Below the pieces are notes generated by a model. It searched no databases and was not told the origin of the DNA. It was given only the letters and a program-made list of their open reading frames with translations. Below, in pieces: positions 1-409 of a DNA stretch of 409 nt. Location: the sequence record AY167111.1. One strand, 5' to 3'. The translations under genes were made by a program, and so were the position numbers. Within the stretch, counting starts at the first letter, position 1. The number at the start of each line of letters is the position of its first letter. This stretch comes from a phage.

Positions 1-1
1 T

Positions 2-409
<408 letters not shown>

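Overview
The whole 409-bp window is the 3' end of a single plus-strand coding sequence (frame 2, codons from nt 2, stop TAA at 407-409). It has no in-frame stop back to the window edge, so the gene starts upstream of this window. The 135 translated residues are about 30% glycine by hand count (roughly 42 of 135), with runs of 8, 5 and 4 consecutive Gly separated by short aromatic- or proline-containing segments. My best reading is the C-terminal receptor-binding region of a phage distal tail-fibre adhesin of the T2/S16 gp38 type, but this rests on pattern recognition, not a search. AGA, AGG and ATA codons suggest a phage rather than host gene. No RNA genes, mobile elements, CRISPR, promoter or terminator are supportable here. 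I see no evidence of a novel multi-gene system; the interesting content is the recombination-prone polyglycine-coding repeats and the variable loops they flank.
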